Below are positions 20,279-30,433 of a DNA stretch of 64,000 nucleotides, piece by piece. The DNA lies in the NCBI GenBank assembly GCA_963725665.1, contig CAVRZA010000001.1, forward strand, positions 352,001-416,000, given 5' to 3'. The notes beneath the pieces were generated by a model that was not told the DNA's origin, made no database searches, and saw nothing but the letters and a program-made list of their open reading frames with translations. Numbering within the stretch: position 1 is the first letter of the stretch; every line of letters begins with the position of its first letter. The translations under genes and the position numbers were made by a program. The DNA comes from an uncultured Actinomycetes bacterium (GTDB taxonomy: Bacteria > Actinomycetota > Thermoleophilia > UBA2241).

Positions 20279-21190
20279 ATGCGGCTGGACGGCATCCATC
20301 ACATCACCGCCATCACCGGCGACGCCCAGCAGGCCATCGACTACTACGGCGGCCTACTGGGTCTGCGCTTCGTCAAGAAGACCGTGAACTTCGACGATCC
20401 CACGGCCTACCACCTCTACTTCGGCGACCAGCAGGGCTCGCCGGGAAGCATCCTCACCTTCTTCGAGTACCCCGGCGCGCCCGTAGGCCGTCCGGGAGCG
20501 GGCATGATCCACCGCCTCGCCTGGCGCGTCGGAGATGGGGCGGCGCTCGACTTCTGGCAGGAGCGGTTGACGAGGGCGGGGGTGCCCGCTCGCCGCAAGG
20601 ACTCTTCATTGCGCTTCAGCGACCCGGAGGGACTCGAGCTCGAGCTTGTCGCTCCCGCCGGCGAAGACCAGCCGCTGCTCGCCGCCGCCGCGACGATCCC
20701 CGAGCGGCATCGTCTGCTGGGGTTCGCTGGAGTGAGGGCCTACGCCGCACGCCCCGAGGGCAGCCCGGATCTGCTCGGCGGCGTCCTCGGCTTCGAGCAG
20801 TCCGGTCGGGAGTGGACGCTGGCCGGCGGGCGGCGCGTCGCCGGCTACGCCTACGACGCGCCGCCCGAGCGCCGCGGGGTGCAAGGCGCCGGCACGGTGC
20901 ACCACATCGCCTGGGCGGTGCGCGACGACGAGCAGGCCGCGTGGCGGCGCCGCCTCGTGGCGGCCGGCGCCGCCGCCACCGAGATCATCGACCGCACCTA
21001 CTTCCGCTCGGTCTACTTCCGCGAGCCGAGCGGCGTGCTTTTCGAGCTCGCCACCTTGGGACCGGGGTTCACAGTGGACGAGCCCATCGAGGTCCTGGGC
21101 GAGGCGCTCAGGCTCCCGGCGCGGTACGAGCCTATGCGCGCGCGTCTCGAGGCAGCCCTGACGCCGCTCGAGACGAGGAGGGCGGCGTGA
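20279..21190 (+). CDS. Ring-cleaving dioxygenase, VOC family (MhqO/MhqE-like)
   Basis: GIHHITAI, VKKTVNFDDP, YHLYFGD, GTVHHIA, DRTYFRSVYFREPSGVLFELAT. Confidence 0.9.
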   Translation: MRLDGIHHITAITGDAQQAIDYYGGLLGLRFVKKTVNFDDPTAYHLYFGDQQGSPGSILTFFEYPGAPVGRPGAGMIHRLAWRVGDGAALDFWQERLTRAGVPARRKDSSLRFSDPEGLELELVAPAGEDQPLLAAAATIPERHRLLGFAGVRAYAARPEGSPDLLGGVLGFEQSGREWTLAGGRRVAGYAYDAPPERRGVQGAGTVHHIAWAVRDDEQAAWRRRLVAAGAAATEIIDRTYFRSVYFREPSGVLFELATLGPGFTVDEPIEVLGEALRLPARYEPMRARLEAALTPLETRRAA

Positions 21191-21831
21191 CGACGCTCCC
21201 GTTCACGATGAGGCCGGCCGTGGGGCGGCCCGAGGGCGCTCTGGTGCTGCTGCACGGGCGGGGCGCCGACGAACACGACCTGCTGCCGCTGCTCGATGAG
21301 CTCGACCCCGACCGGCGCCTCGTCGGGGTCTCACCGGGAGCGCCGCTGCAGCTCGGCGCCGGTCGCCACTGGTACGTGGTGCGCGAGGTCGGGCGTCCCG
21401 ACCGCGACACCTTTTGCGCCGGTTACGAGGCGGCTGCGGCCTGGCTCGACGATCTGCCCGCGCTGACCGGCGTGCCGCTGACGCAGACCGTCGTGGGCGG
21501 CTTCTCGCAGGGAGCCGTCATGTCGTACGCGCTTGCCCTCGGGACCGGCCGTGCGTCGCCGGCCGCGCTGGTGGCTCTCAGCGGCTTCATCCCGCAGGTG
21601 GATGGCTTTACGCTCGACCTCTGGGGCCACCGGGAGGTGCCGGTCGCCATCGGTCACGGCAGTCACGACCGCGTCATCGATGTGGGGTTCGCGCGCGAGG
21701 CGCACGCTCTGCTCTCGGCCGCCGGCCTGAGCGTCCTCTACCACGAGTCGCCGATGGTCCACACGATCGATCCGTCGTTCGCGCGCGAGCTCTCGCGCTG
21801 GTTGTCGCTGAGGCTCGACCTCGCGGCCTGA
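21187..21831 (+). CDS. Phospholipase/carboxylesterase (MhqD-like alpha/beta hydrolase)
   Basis: LLHGRGADE, GGFSQGA, HGSHD, MVH; GTGA overlap with the dioxygenase gene. Confidence 0.85.
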   Translation: MTTLPFTMRPAVGRPEGALVLLHGRGADEHDLLPLLDELDPDRRLVGVSPGAPLQLGAGRHWYVVREVGRPDRDTFCAGYEAAAAWLDDLPALTGVPLTQTVVGGFSQGAVMSYALALGTGRASPAALVALSGFIPQVDGFTLDLWGHREVPVAIGHGSHDRVIDVGFAREAHALLSAAGLSVLYHESPMVHTIDPSFARELSRWLSLRLDLAA

Positions 21832-21838
21832 GACGCTC

Positions 21839-22912
21839 GTGGTCTGGGAGGCGACAAGGGGCTTCTCGTGGCGCGACGGCGAACGGCTGGTGAGGTACGG
21901 TCTCGGCACGCGCCACGAGGTCGTGACGCTGCTGACCGCCCTGCGTCTGACTCCCTTCGTGTTGCTCACCACCCCGCGGTGGGAGGGAGTCCTTGCCCCG
22001 CTGGAGGAGGCGGCGACGGGCACCGTGCTTGTGCCGGGCGACCAGGTGCCCGTCGCCGCCTCCGCCGTGCGCGACGAGCTCGTGCGGGCGGGGACGACCG
22101 GCCTGGCCCTGGTGGCCCTCGGAGGCGGTCGCGTGATCGATGTCGCCAAGGCGCTCGCGGCCGCCGCGGGCGTATCGTGCGCCGCGGTCCCCACGACGCT
22201 GTCGGGCGCCGAGATGACCTCGTTTCACCGGCCGCTGGCGGGAGCACCACCGGCCGCGGGCGTGCGTCCGGCGCTGGTCGTCAGCGATCCGGCGCTCGCG
22301 GCGGGGCAGCCCGCGGCTGCGCGGGCCGCGAGCGCGATGAACGCGCTCGGCCACGCCATGGAGGCGCTCTATGCGCCGGGCGCCAGCCCGGTCTCCGAGC
22401 TGGCCGCGCGGCGCGGCGCGGCGCTCATCGCCCGAGGACTGCCCGTGGGTGAAGTCGGAGCCGGTGGCGGCGAGGGCGAGGAGGGCGCCGAGGGCGAGCG
22501 CGCCGCGCTCGCCCTCGGCGCCCTCCTCGCCGGCTACGCCTTCGGCGCCACGGGCGTCTCGTTGCACCACCTGGTCTGCCAGTCGATCGTGCGCACTGCC
22601 GGCACGCCCCACGCCGAGACCAACGCCGTCATGCTGCCGCACACGGCGGCGCTGATGGCGCGGCGCGAGCCGGCCGCCCTCGGTGCGTTCGCGGCCGCGC
22701 TCGGCGCACGAGGCCCGGATCCCGCGCAAGCCGTGAGCCGTCTGCGGCTGCATGCTGCCGCCACCGGCGTCGCGCGCCTCGCGGACCTGGGGCTGGCACG
22801 CTCCCTGCTCGCGGAGATCGCGACCGTCGCCGCGTCACGTCCCGAGCTGGCGACGGTGGCGCCGCCGCCAGGTCGCGAGGAGCTTCTCGCCCTCCTCGAA
22901 ACTGCCTACTGA
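21839..22912 (+). CDS. Iron-containing alcohol dehydrogenase family protein, maleylacetate reductase-like
   Basis: LGGGRVIDVAK, VPTTLSGAEMT, NALGHAMEALY, LHHLVCQ, PHAETNA. Confidence 0.8.
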   Translation: MVWEATRGFSWRDGERLVRYGLGTRHEVVTLLTALRLTPFVLLTTPRWEGVLAPLEEAATGTVLVPGDQVPVAASAVRDELVRAGTTGLALVALGGGRVIDVAKALAAAAGVSCAAVPTTLSGAEMTSFHRPLAGAPPAAGVRPALVVSDPALAAGQPAAARAASAMNALGHAMEALYAPGASPVSELAARRGAALIARGLPVGEVGAGGGEGEEGAEGERAALALGALLAGYAFGATGVSLHHLVCQSIVRTAGTPHAETNAVMLPHTAALMARREPAALGAFAAALGARGPDPAQAVSRLRLHAAATGVARLADLGLARSLLAEIATVAASRPELATVAPPPGREELLALLETAY

Positions 22913-22932
22913 GGTCGGCCCTCGCGAGAGGC

Positions 22933-23145
22933 TCAAGCGTCCTCGTGGTACTTGAACGAGACCTTCACCCTGGCGCGGTAGGCGGTGACCTTGTTGTCCT
23001 CGATGCGCATGTCCAGCTCGGCGATTTCGGCCACGCGGAGGTCGTCGAGATGCGCAGCAGCGCGTTCGACGGCCTTCTTGGCGGCGTCCTCCCACGAGAG
23101 CTCGCTGGTGCCGATGATCTCGATCACCTTGTAGACACTGTCCAC
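22933..23145 (-). CDS. Dodecin family flavin-binding protein
   Basis: SVYKVIEIIGTS..SWEDA...YRARVKVSFKY; RBS GAGGAGG. Confidence 0.9.
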   Translation of the reverse strand: MDSVYKVIEIIGTSELSWEDAAKKAVERAAAHLDDLRVAEIAELDMRIEDNKVTAYRARVKVSFKYHEDA

Positions 23146-23567
23146 TTCGCCTCCTCGTCCACTGGCGGTTGCTGTTGGGCACATCCTGCCACGTGAACCT
23201 TCCTCTCGTCACGAGGAGCTTCGTTGTTCGCCGCGTGTCGCCCTGCAGGATTGCCACGCGGCACCTGGCCGACCTGATACGGCAGCTCAAGGAGGACGCC
23301 GGCAAGGAGGCGGTCTCGGCGTAGGCCATCGTCTCTCGCGGCGGGCGCCCCGCCGCCGCGTCTCATCGCCGACCGACCTCACCAGGTGCGATCTCCCCGC
23401 GATCCTTGGACGTTCGTCGCGGGGCGACGCCGAGCGGCTCTCGCCGCGTGGCCCGGTCTTGTGAGTCGTCGCGGTTGGTACTAGCGTTCGCGACGAAAGG
23501 GTGCGCCTCTGCGAGAGCGGTGCGCCGCCCGGCTGCGGGAGCCGGAGACACGGAGCCAGGGGGTCAC

Positions 23568-25229
23568 ATGAATCGACGCGCTGTCACCGTCCTCTTCCTC
23601 ACCGGTCTTCTCGTCGCTGCGCTCGCGGTCGCGATGGCCGCGGCGGGCTGCGGTTCGTCCGGCGGCTCCGGCGGCGGCGCGACGCCGAGCGCGGCCGGCA
23701 GCCCCAAGACGGGCGGCACCCTTACGCTCGCCTACCAGTCGGAGCCCGAGACGCTCGATCCGGCCATCGCGTGGAACGTGATCGACTACGGGGGTATCGA
23801 GCACTGCATCTACGAGAGCTTCTTCCGCTACGCCGCCAAGCCGGGCGTGGCCGGGGCTGAGATCGTGCCGGCCATCGCGGCCGCCATGCCGGAGGTCTCG
23901 CCCGACGGCAAGACCTTCACCATCAAGGTGAAGCAGGGTGTCAAGTTCGCTCCGCCGGTCAACCGCGAGGTCACCGCCGACGACTTCAAGTACACCTTCG
24001 AACGCATGATGCGCCTGCCACGCGCGCCGGCGACCTACTTCTACACCGGCGTCGTCGGCGCTGTGGAGTACCAGGCGAAGAAGACCGCGCACATCAGCGG
24101 CTTCGAAGCCGTCGACAAGTACACGGTGCGCATCACGCTCAAGAGCCCCGACCTCTCCTTCCTCAAGGCGCTCACCATGGAGTTCACCGACGTGGTGCCC
24201 AAGGAGTGGGTCGAGAAGTGGGGCGACAAGGACTTCGGGCGGCATCCGCTGGGGACGGGGCCGTTCTACATGACGGAGTGGACGCCGGGTCGCCAGGTCG
24301 TCCTCAAGCGCAACCCCAACTACCGCGACAAGGTGTGGCTGGACGGCGTCACCTACGCCATGTCGTTCACGCCGCAGACGGCCTTCCTCAAGCTCGAGCG
24401 CGGCGAGGTCGACCTGCTGGGCGACAACCTCCCGCCGGCTGATATCCCGCAAGTCATGGCCGACCCGCAATGGAAGGGTAACGTGGCGACCCAGGCCAAG
24501 ATCGCGGTCATGTACTTCTTCATGAACGTCAACTTCAAGCCCTTCGACGACGTGAAGGTGCGCCGGGCGCTCTCCTGGGCCATCAACCGCGACAAGATCG
24601 TGAAGCTCCTCGCCGGCCAGGCGCAGCCCCTCTATCAGGTCTATCCGCCGGGCATGCCCGGCCACCAGGCCGACAAGAAGTGGTACGGCTACGACCCGGC
24701 CAAGGCCAAGCAGCTGCTCGCCGAGGCCGGCTACCCCAACGGCTTCAAGACGACCCTCTACACCGACAACGTCGACCCCGATCCCAAGATGCTGCAGTCG
24801 ATCCAGAACGACCTGGCGGCGGTCGGCGTCAGTGGGTCGATCAAGACGATGAGCAACGACACCTTCTACACGCTCGGCTCTCAGCCGACCAAGTTGAGCG
24901 CCGGCAGCTCGGTCTGGTACATGGACTTCCCCGACCCGGCCGACTGGATCGTGCCCCTGTTCAGCAAGTCGAACACGGTCGAGGGAGGCATGGATTGGAG
25001 CTTCTGGTGGGACCCGAAGGTCGAGGCCATGCTGACTGAAGCGCAGGCGATGACCGACGCGCAAGCGCGCCTCGCGAAGTACGTGGAGATGCAGGCCTAC
25101 ATCATGGACCAGGCGCCTTACGTCACGCTGTACTCGCCCATCACGACGACGATGTTCTCCAAGAACGTGGGCGGCTTCTACCTGCACCCCGTCTACGATT
25201 TCGACCCGCAGAGCTACTGGCGACAGTAG
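23568..25229 (+). CDS. ABC transporter substrate-binding lipoprotein, family 5 (peptide/nickel)
   Basis: Lipobox AAGC, ETLDPA, PLGTGPF, KVRRALSWAINR; no permease genes adjacent. Confidence 0.9.
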   Translation: MNRRAVTVLFLTGLLVAALAVAMAAAGCGSSGGSGGGATPSAAGSPKTGGTLTLAYQSEPETLDPAIAWNVIDYGGIEHCIYESFFRYAAKPGVAGAEIVPAIAAAMPEVSPDGKTFTIKVKQGVKFAPPVNREVTADDFKYTFERMMRLPRAPATYFYTGVVGAVEYQAKKTAHISGFEAVDKYTVRITLKSPDLSFLKALTMEFTDVVPKEWVEKWGDKDFGRHPLGTGPFYMTEWTPGRQVVLKRNPNYRDKVWLDGVTYAMSFTPQTAFLKLERGEVDLLGDNLPPADIPQVMADPQWKGNVATQAKIAVMYFFMNVNFKPFDDVKVRRALSWAINRDKIVKLLAGQAQPLYQVYPPGMPGHQADKKWYGYDPAKAKQLLAEAGYPNGFKTTLYTDNVDPDPKMLQSIQNDLAAVGVSGSIKTMSNDTFYTLGSQPTKLSAGSSVWYMDFPDPADWIVPLFSKSNTVEGGMDWSFWWDPKVEAMLTEAQAMTDAQARLAKYVEMQAYIMDQAPYVTLYSPITTTMFSKNVGGFYLHPVYDFDPQSYWRQ

Positions 25230-25353
25230 GCTCGCAGGTGTCCGCAGTGCAGGCGTTGGCGGGGCGCCGCCCGCGGTCTCACCGTGCCCGCGGGCGGCGC
25301 GCTGGCGGCGGTCGTCGCCCTGCCGCGAGCTGGTTCGACGGCCTGGGGACGGC

Positions 25354-26337
25354 CTATGAGCCAGGGATGAGCAGGCCCATGGTCTCTGTCAGCCGCGCGT
25401 CGAAGTCGTCGGGTAGGTCGTGCCCCAGCCCGGGCACCACCTGGAGGTCACTCGCCACACCGGCGTCGCGCAGAGCGTCGTGCAGCGCGCGCGCATCGTC
25501 GAACGCCTCGTCGGTGTCGCCCACGATCAGGCGGCCGCGCGCTCCGCGCGCGGCCGCCTGATCGAGCGTGCCCAAAGCATCGGGAGCGACGTCGCTCAGC
25601 CCGGTGCCGATGGCCAGGAAGGCTTCGGTCCGCAGGGGTCCGCCCGCCAGCGCCCACGACACCGCGAGCCCGCCGCCCTGGGAGAAGCCCGCGTAGAGGC
25701 TGCGTCGTTCATCGACGCGCCGCCGCTTGTGCAGCGGTGAGAGGGCGCGAGCGACGTCGTCGCGCGCCCTCTCGCGGTCGTCCCAAACGAAGAAGGCGGG
25801 AGTGAGCTCCTGCGACGATTCGGGCACGACCACCGCCAGCCCCGTTCGCGCGGCTGCTCGCCAGGGCTCGACGAAGTCCGCCGTCTGTTCGCCCCAGCCG
25901 TGCAGTGCGACCAGCAGACCGGTGGAGGATCCCGTCGGCGGTGCCCCGGTCTCGGGCGCCCGGGCGGAAAGCAGGACGATCGCGTCCTGCGCGTGGTCGC
26001 CCGTGAGGTGCGCCGCGCGCAGGCGCTGCGACGCGGCGACGACCTCCTGGAGCCCGTCGTCGTCGCGCAGCGGGGCGAGGTCCTCGTCGTCGAGCAGCCA
26101 CTCCTCCGGCCACCAGAGCCCGTCGTCGCTGCCCTCACGCAGCACCGCCAAGGCCTCGTCGGCACGACCGAGGCGGCACAGCGCGCAGGCCATCCAGAAG
26201 GGGATCTCACCCCGTGAAGGAAATCGCCGGCGCAGGGTGTCGGCCTTTGCGAGGGCGCTCTCGTAGCGTCCTTGCGTGAAGAGGCCGAATACGTGTTCGC
26301 GCTGGGCGCGGAAGGTGGTTGAGCGAGCGGGCGGCAC
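25354..26337 (-). CDS. Alpha/beta hydrolase with N-terminal TPR-like helical domain
   Basis: VALHGWG, AGFSQGG, GLGHD; N-terminal FWMACALCRLGRADEAL repeat-like helices. Confidence 0.75.
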   Translation of the reverse strand: MPPARSTTFRAQREHVFGLFTQGRYESALAKADTLRRRFPSRGEIPFWMACALCRLGRADEALAVLREGSDDGLWWPEEWLLDDEDLAPLRDDDGLQEVVAASQRLRAAHLTGDHAQDAIVLLSARAPETGAPPTGSSTGLLVALHGWGEQTADFVEPWRAAARTGLAVVVPESSQELTPAFFVWDDRERARDDVARALSPLHKRRRVDERRSLYAGFSQGGGLAVSWALAGGPLRTEAFLAIGTGLSDVAPDALGTLDQAAARGARGRLIVGDTDEAFDDARALHDALRDAGVASDLQVVPGLGHDLPDDFDARLTETMGLLIPGS

Positions 26338-26441
26338 CGGAACAGCTTACACGCGAACAGGAGGCGAGGCGTCAAGGCCACCTCGTAGCGGGTAGAGTCC
26401 TGGGGAGACGGCCGGGATAGAATGCAGTTCGTCCCGCGGCC

Positions 26442-28193
26442 GTGGCGAACCACGGCGGCGAGCAGGGTGGAGGTATCGAGATCGTGACCGAGCGGACTGA
26501 CACGTCGCCGCTCCCGAGACGCGCTGGGGGCTCGCCGCCCGTCGGCTGGGTCGACACGCCGCCGTTTTTGCGGCGCGTCGCGGCCGGCGCGCGCCGCCTG
26601 GGTCTGGTGTGGCTCGTCCTGCTCCCCGTGGCCGGTATCACCGGGTTGACGCTGCTCCTGCAAGCGTTCGGCATCGTCGGGTGGGACGCGGCCGCGCATC
26701 TGTACAAGATCGCGCTGCTGCGCGACCATCAGTCGATCTTCTGGGACAACAACTGGTACGGCGGCGCCTATCCGGTCATCAGCTACGGCGTCGTGTTCTA
26801 CTACCTGGCGCAATACGTCAGTTACGCCTGGCTGGTCGGCATCTCGACCGGCCTTATGCCCGTGTTCTTCTACCTGTACTGCCGGCGCGTCTACCGCGTG
26901 GAGAGCTACCTGCCCTCCGTGGTCCTGGCGATCGTCCTCGCCTTCTATCTGGCGAACGGGCAGGACCCCTTCCTCTTCGCGATGTCGTTCGTGATGTTGG
27001 GCATGGTCCTCGTCGCCTACGACCGGCCGTTCCTCGCCACGCTGCCTCTCGCGGTGGCGCTCTTCGCCAATCCCCTCGCCATCGTCGTGGCGATCATCTT
27101 CCTTCTCGCGGACTTCGTCGCACGGCCCGAGCGGCGCCGCGTCTACGTCCGGCTCGGCCTCTACATGGCGCCGTTCGTGGTCGCAAAGGTGGTGCTCTTT
27201 GTCCTTTTTGCCGAGGCCAGCTCCTACATCTACTACGCACCGCAGGTGCTGCTGTTCGCCGGTTTCGGCCTCGGGGGGTTCGTCCTTGCCCGTGTCTCGC
27301 GCGATCCCGAGCGGCACGCCAAGGAGGTACTCTTCCTCACCTTCACCGTGTTCGCGGTGGTGACCGGGATGGTGCCGGGCAACCCCCTCGGCGGCAACGT
27401 GGGGCGCATCTTCTTCGTCTTCGGGGTGCCCCTGCTGCTCTCCGTGCGCCAGGTGTACCTGCCGAAGTACGTGGCCGTTCCGGTGATCCTCGGCTTCGCC
27501 GTGGGGCAGGTGGCGGCGCCGACCCAGCACTTCGTGCACGTCGCCGACCTTCCGTCGACGAAGGCCTCGTTCTTCGCGCCGGCGCTGCAGTTTGCCGGGG
27601 AGCACTACGAACCCGGCTACCGGTTCCACGTGGTGGCCCTCGACACGCACTGGGAGGCCTACTACTTCTCGATCAACGACTACCCCATCACCCGCGGGTG
27701 GTTCCGGCAGGAGGACGCCCTGCACAACGCCATCTTCGAGTCGACGTCGTTCACGGCGCGACAGTACGTGGCCTGGCTGCGGAGCATGGGCGTAAAGTAC
27801 GTGTTCCTGCCCAAGGCGCCGCTCGACATCTCCGGGCCCCGTGAGGCTCGTCTCCTCGCCACGACGCCGCAGTTCACGGTGGTCTACGACGGTCCCCGGT
27901 GGGTCGTCTACAGCCTCGCCGACCCCGAGCCCGTCGCGGTCCCGATGGGTCAGGGGGGCGCGATCAAGGTTCTCTACATCGACCACCAGTCGGTGTTCTT
28001 CGACGTCTCACGGGCGGGCTCGTATCTCGTCAAGTTCACCTACACGCCCTACTGGCAGGTGACCGACGGCGTCGGCAGTCTGACCAAGGGCCCGGGAGAC
28101 TTCGTCGTGCTGCACGCTTCGGAACCGGGCTTCTACGGGATGAGGGTGCAGGTCGATCTGGAGTCTTTGGGCCAGGCCGTGCCAAAGCTGTAG
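26442..28193 (+). CDS. Polytopic membrane protein, probable GT-C-like glycosyltransferase/flippase-associated protein
   Basis: More than 10 TM segments, DAAAH...WDNNWYGG loop, C-terminal soluble domain (GWFRQ, GVKYV); start may be GTG 26484. Confidence 0.6.
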   Translation: MANHGGEQGGGIEIVTERTDTSPLPRRAGGSPPVGWVDTPPFLRRVAAGARRLGLVWLVLLPVAGITGLTLLLQAFGIVGWDAAAHLYKIALLRDHQSIFWDNNWYGGAYPVISYGVVFYYLAQYVSYAWLVGISTGLMPVFFYLYCRRVYRVESYLPSVVLAIVLAFYLANGQDPFLFAMSFVMLGMVLVAYDRPFLATLPLAVALFANPLAIVVAIIFLLADFVARPERRRVYVRLGLYMAPFVVAKVVLFVLFAEASSYIYYAPQVLLFAGFGLGGFVLARVSRDPERHAKEVLFLTFTVFAVVTGMVPGNPLGGNVGRIFFVFGVPLLLSVRQVYLPKYVAVPVILGFAVGQVAAPTQHFVHVADLPSTKASFFAPALQFAGEHYEPGYRFHVVALDTHWEAYYFSINDYPITRGWFRQEDALHNAIFESTSFTARQYVAWLRSMGVKYVFLPKAPLDISGPREARLLATTPQFTVVYDGPRWVVYSLADPEPVAVPMGQGGAIKVLYIDHQSVFFDVSRAGSYLVKFTYTPYWQVTDGVGSLTKGPGDFVVLHASEPGFYGMRVQVDLESLGQAVPKL

Positions 28194-28422
28194 ACCGTCG
28201 CGCGTGCGTGCGTGGGGTCCGTGACACGCGTCCCGGGCTACCTGGTGCGCGCGCCTTGCGCTAGACTGGGTACGTAGGTAGAGTCCGGCGTGGGGTGGCC
28301 GTTCTGGCGCTCCAAACGAGCACGATTTGCCGTTTCGGTCGGTCCGCGTTCCGGACGGTCTGCAGAGAGGAACAGTGGCAGCGACCACTGACAGAGCTCC
28401 AGAGTCCAGGGTGGAGGCTTAC

Positions 28423-28791
28423 ATGGCTGATGCAGGGGTGAAGTGGCAGCGCAAGGGTCGGAGCAGAGACCTTACGGGGCTGGGCTGGCTCGAGGCCGAG
28501 ATACTGCGGATCGTGTGGGACAAGGGGCAGGTGACGGTGCGCGACGTCTATGAGGAGCTTCGTCTGCGACGCCGCATCGCCTACACGACCGTCATGAGCG
28601 TTTTGCGCAACCTCGCCGCCAAGAGCCTGCTCGAGCAGGACAAGAGCAAGCCGGCGTACCTCTACACTCCGGCGGTGAGCGACACCGAGGTCGCCGAGGC
28701 GATCCTCGACGCGCTCGTCGACAAGATCATGGGCGGACGCGTCGAGCCTCTGATCGAGTACCTCCAGCAGAAGAAGGCCCAGTCCGCCTGA
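28423..28791 (+). CDS. BlaI/MecI/CopY family transcriptional repressor
   Basis: LEAEILRIVW...TVRDVYE...AYTTVMSVLRNL..K; RBS GGAGG. Confidence 0.9.
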   Translation: MADAGVKWQRKGRSRDLTGLGWLEAEILRIVWDKGQVTVRDVYEELRLRRRIAYTTVMSVLRNLAAKSLLEQDKSKPAYLYTPAVSDTEVAEAILDALVDKIMGGRVEPLIEYLQQKKAQSA

Positions 28792-28801
28792 CGAGACGCT
28801 C

Positions 28802-28852
28802 GCGTGGGGCGCGGCCTCGCCTCTCGGCGAGGCCGCGCCCCACGCTTTTCTT
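28802..28852 (+). terminator. Intrinsic terminator
   Basis: 20-bp stem gcgtggggcgcggcctcgcc / ggcgaggccgcgccccacgc, loop tctc, followed by ttttctt. Confidence 0.8.
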
Positions 28853-28920
28853 CGCGGTCCCCCACCGGAGACGCCCGTGACCGACCCCGTGACCGGCGGC
28901 TGCTGCAGACGCGCCCGGGG

Positions 28921-30348
28921 TCAATCGTAGAAGGCGACCTGCACCTCGACGCCGTACTGGATGATGCGGTCGCGGCCCTCCGCCTTGGCGCGATAGAGCG
29001 CCTTGTCGGCAAGCTCGAAGAGGTCGCTGACCGTCGTCCCATCGCGGGGACAGGTGGCCACGCCACCCGAGATGTTGATGGCCACGTCCGGCGGCAGACC
29101 AAGGCCGGTGTAGCGCGTCTCCCCAAGCGTCCGTCGCAGGCGGTTGGCCATGTGCGTCGCCGCCTCGCCGGGGGTGTTGGGCAGCAGCATGGCGAACTCC
29201 TCGCCGCCGTGTCGCCCGCAGATGTCGCTCTTGCGCACGTGTTGCTGCATGATCGCGGAGACCGTCTGCAGCACGCGGTCGCCCGTCATGTGGCCGTAGG
29301 AGTCGTTGAACGTCTTGAAGTTGTCGATGTCGATCATGACCAGGCTCAGCGGCTGCTGATAGCGCAGGCTGCGATCCAACTCCTCCTCTGCCCGGCTCAT
29401 GAAGTAGCGCCGGTTGTAGAGGCGCGTCAGGTGGTCGGTGACGACCTGGCGCCGGATGCTGTCGTACTTGCGCGCGTTCGAGAGGGCGCTGTGCACGTGG
29501 CCCTGCAACGTCTGCAGCACGGCCGTCGTGACGCGCTCGAAGTTCTCGTTGCTCGTCGCCGTCGCAAGCAGCGCCATGTCGCCGATCGAATCGACCTCGA
29601 AGGGCACGATCACCTGGCTCTTCATGGTCTTGGGGAAGAGCGTGCACGTGTGGTCGTCGGAGCGCACGATCGACTTCTCGATGATGGCCTTGCGCACGGG
29701 GCAGTCGGCGGTGTAGAGGCAGCAATCCGCGCTCACCTCCGGCGCGTGGACGCCGAGTGTGCCCTCGATGTCGAAGCCGCGCGTCTTGGGCTCGAGAAGG
29801 ATCAGGGCCACGAAGTCAGCGTGCAGGAACTGCTTGGCGCGCGCCAGGGCGCGCTCGACGGTCTCGCGGTAGGGCAGGGCGGCGTTGATCTCCTGGCCGA
29901 TCTCCCCCACCTGGACGAGCTGACGGTTGAAGGTGCGCAGACGCACGAGGTCGCTCTCGACCGCCTGCGGTGAGGAGCCCTGCAACTCGGCCTCAGTGAA
30001 GTGGCTGATGATGGTGCTGATCAGGTAGTCGAGCTCGTTGATCTGGTCGCGGTAGCGCGGATCCTCTTGCTCGTAGCGGCTGCCTAGGCGGCGGCGGGAG
30101 CGGCGGATCAGCGAGTTCATGGGCCGATACACCCAGATGTCGAGCACGAGGGTGATGAGGGCGAAGGCGGCGAGGAGCCCGACCACCAGCACGGTCTGTT
30201 GACCCGAGCCGAGCTGGCGCCAGAAGAAGGCGCACAGCACGGCGAGGATGACGACGATCGTACCCGCCGTCTTGATCTGCAAGCTCACGCGGGTGCGCTT
30301 GTTCTGAGGGTCGGTCGTGGGAAGCTCCCTCATCCGCCTGCCAGTCAC
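28921..30348 (-). CDS. Membrane-anchored GAF-GGDEF diguanylate cyclase
   Basis: Two N-terminal TMs; TDHLTRLYNRR, DIDNFKTFNDSYGH, I-site RKSD, active-site GGEEF. Confidence 0.92.
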   Translation of the reverse strand: MTGRRMRELPTTDPQNKRTRVSLQIKTAGTIVVILAVLCAFFWRQLGSGQQTVLVVGLLAAFALITLVLDIWVYRPMNSLIRRSRRRLGSRYEQEDPRYRDQINELDYLISTIISHFTEAELQGSSPQAVESDLVRLRTFNRQLVQVGEIGQEINAALPYRETVERALARAKQFLHADFVALILLEPKTRGFDIEGTLGVHAPEVSADCCLYTADCPVRKAIIEKSIVRSDDHTCTLFPKTMKSQVIVPFEVDSIGDMALLATATSNENFERVTTAVLQTLQGHVHSALSNARKYDSIRRQVVTDHLTRLYNRRYFMSRAEEELDRSLRYQQPLSLVMIDIDNFKTFNDSYGHMTGDRVLQTVSAIMQQHVRKSDICGRHGGEEFAMLLPNTPGEAATHMANRLRRTLGETRYTGLGLPPDVAINISGGVATCPRDGTTVSDLFELADKALYRAKAEGRDRIIQYGVEVQVAFYD

Positions 30349-30433
30349 CTCCGTTATCGGCAGACGCAGGGGAAGGATGAGGGTGGCGAGGCCTTGCGAA
30401 GGAAGCTGGGGGCGCCGGGGCGCGCGCCGCGCG

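Noticed and set aside
28423-28791. blaI-like gene as part of a beta-lactam resistance system
   Set aside because: No BlaR/M56 peptidase or beta-lactamase is adjacent, and a terminator follows immediately.
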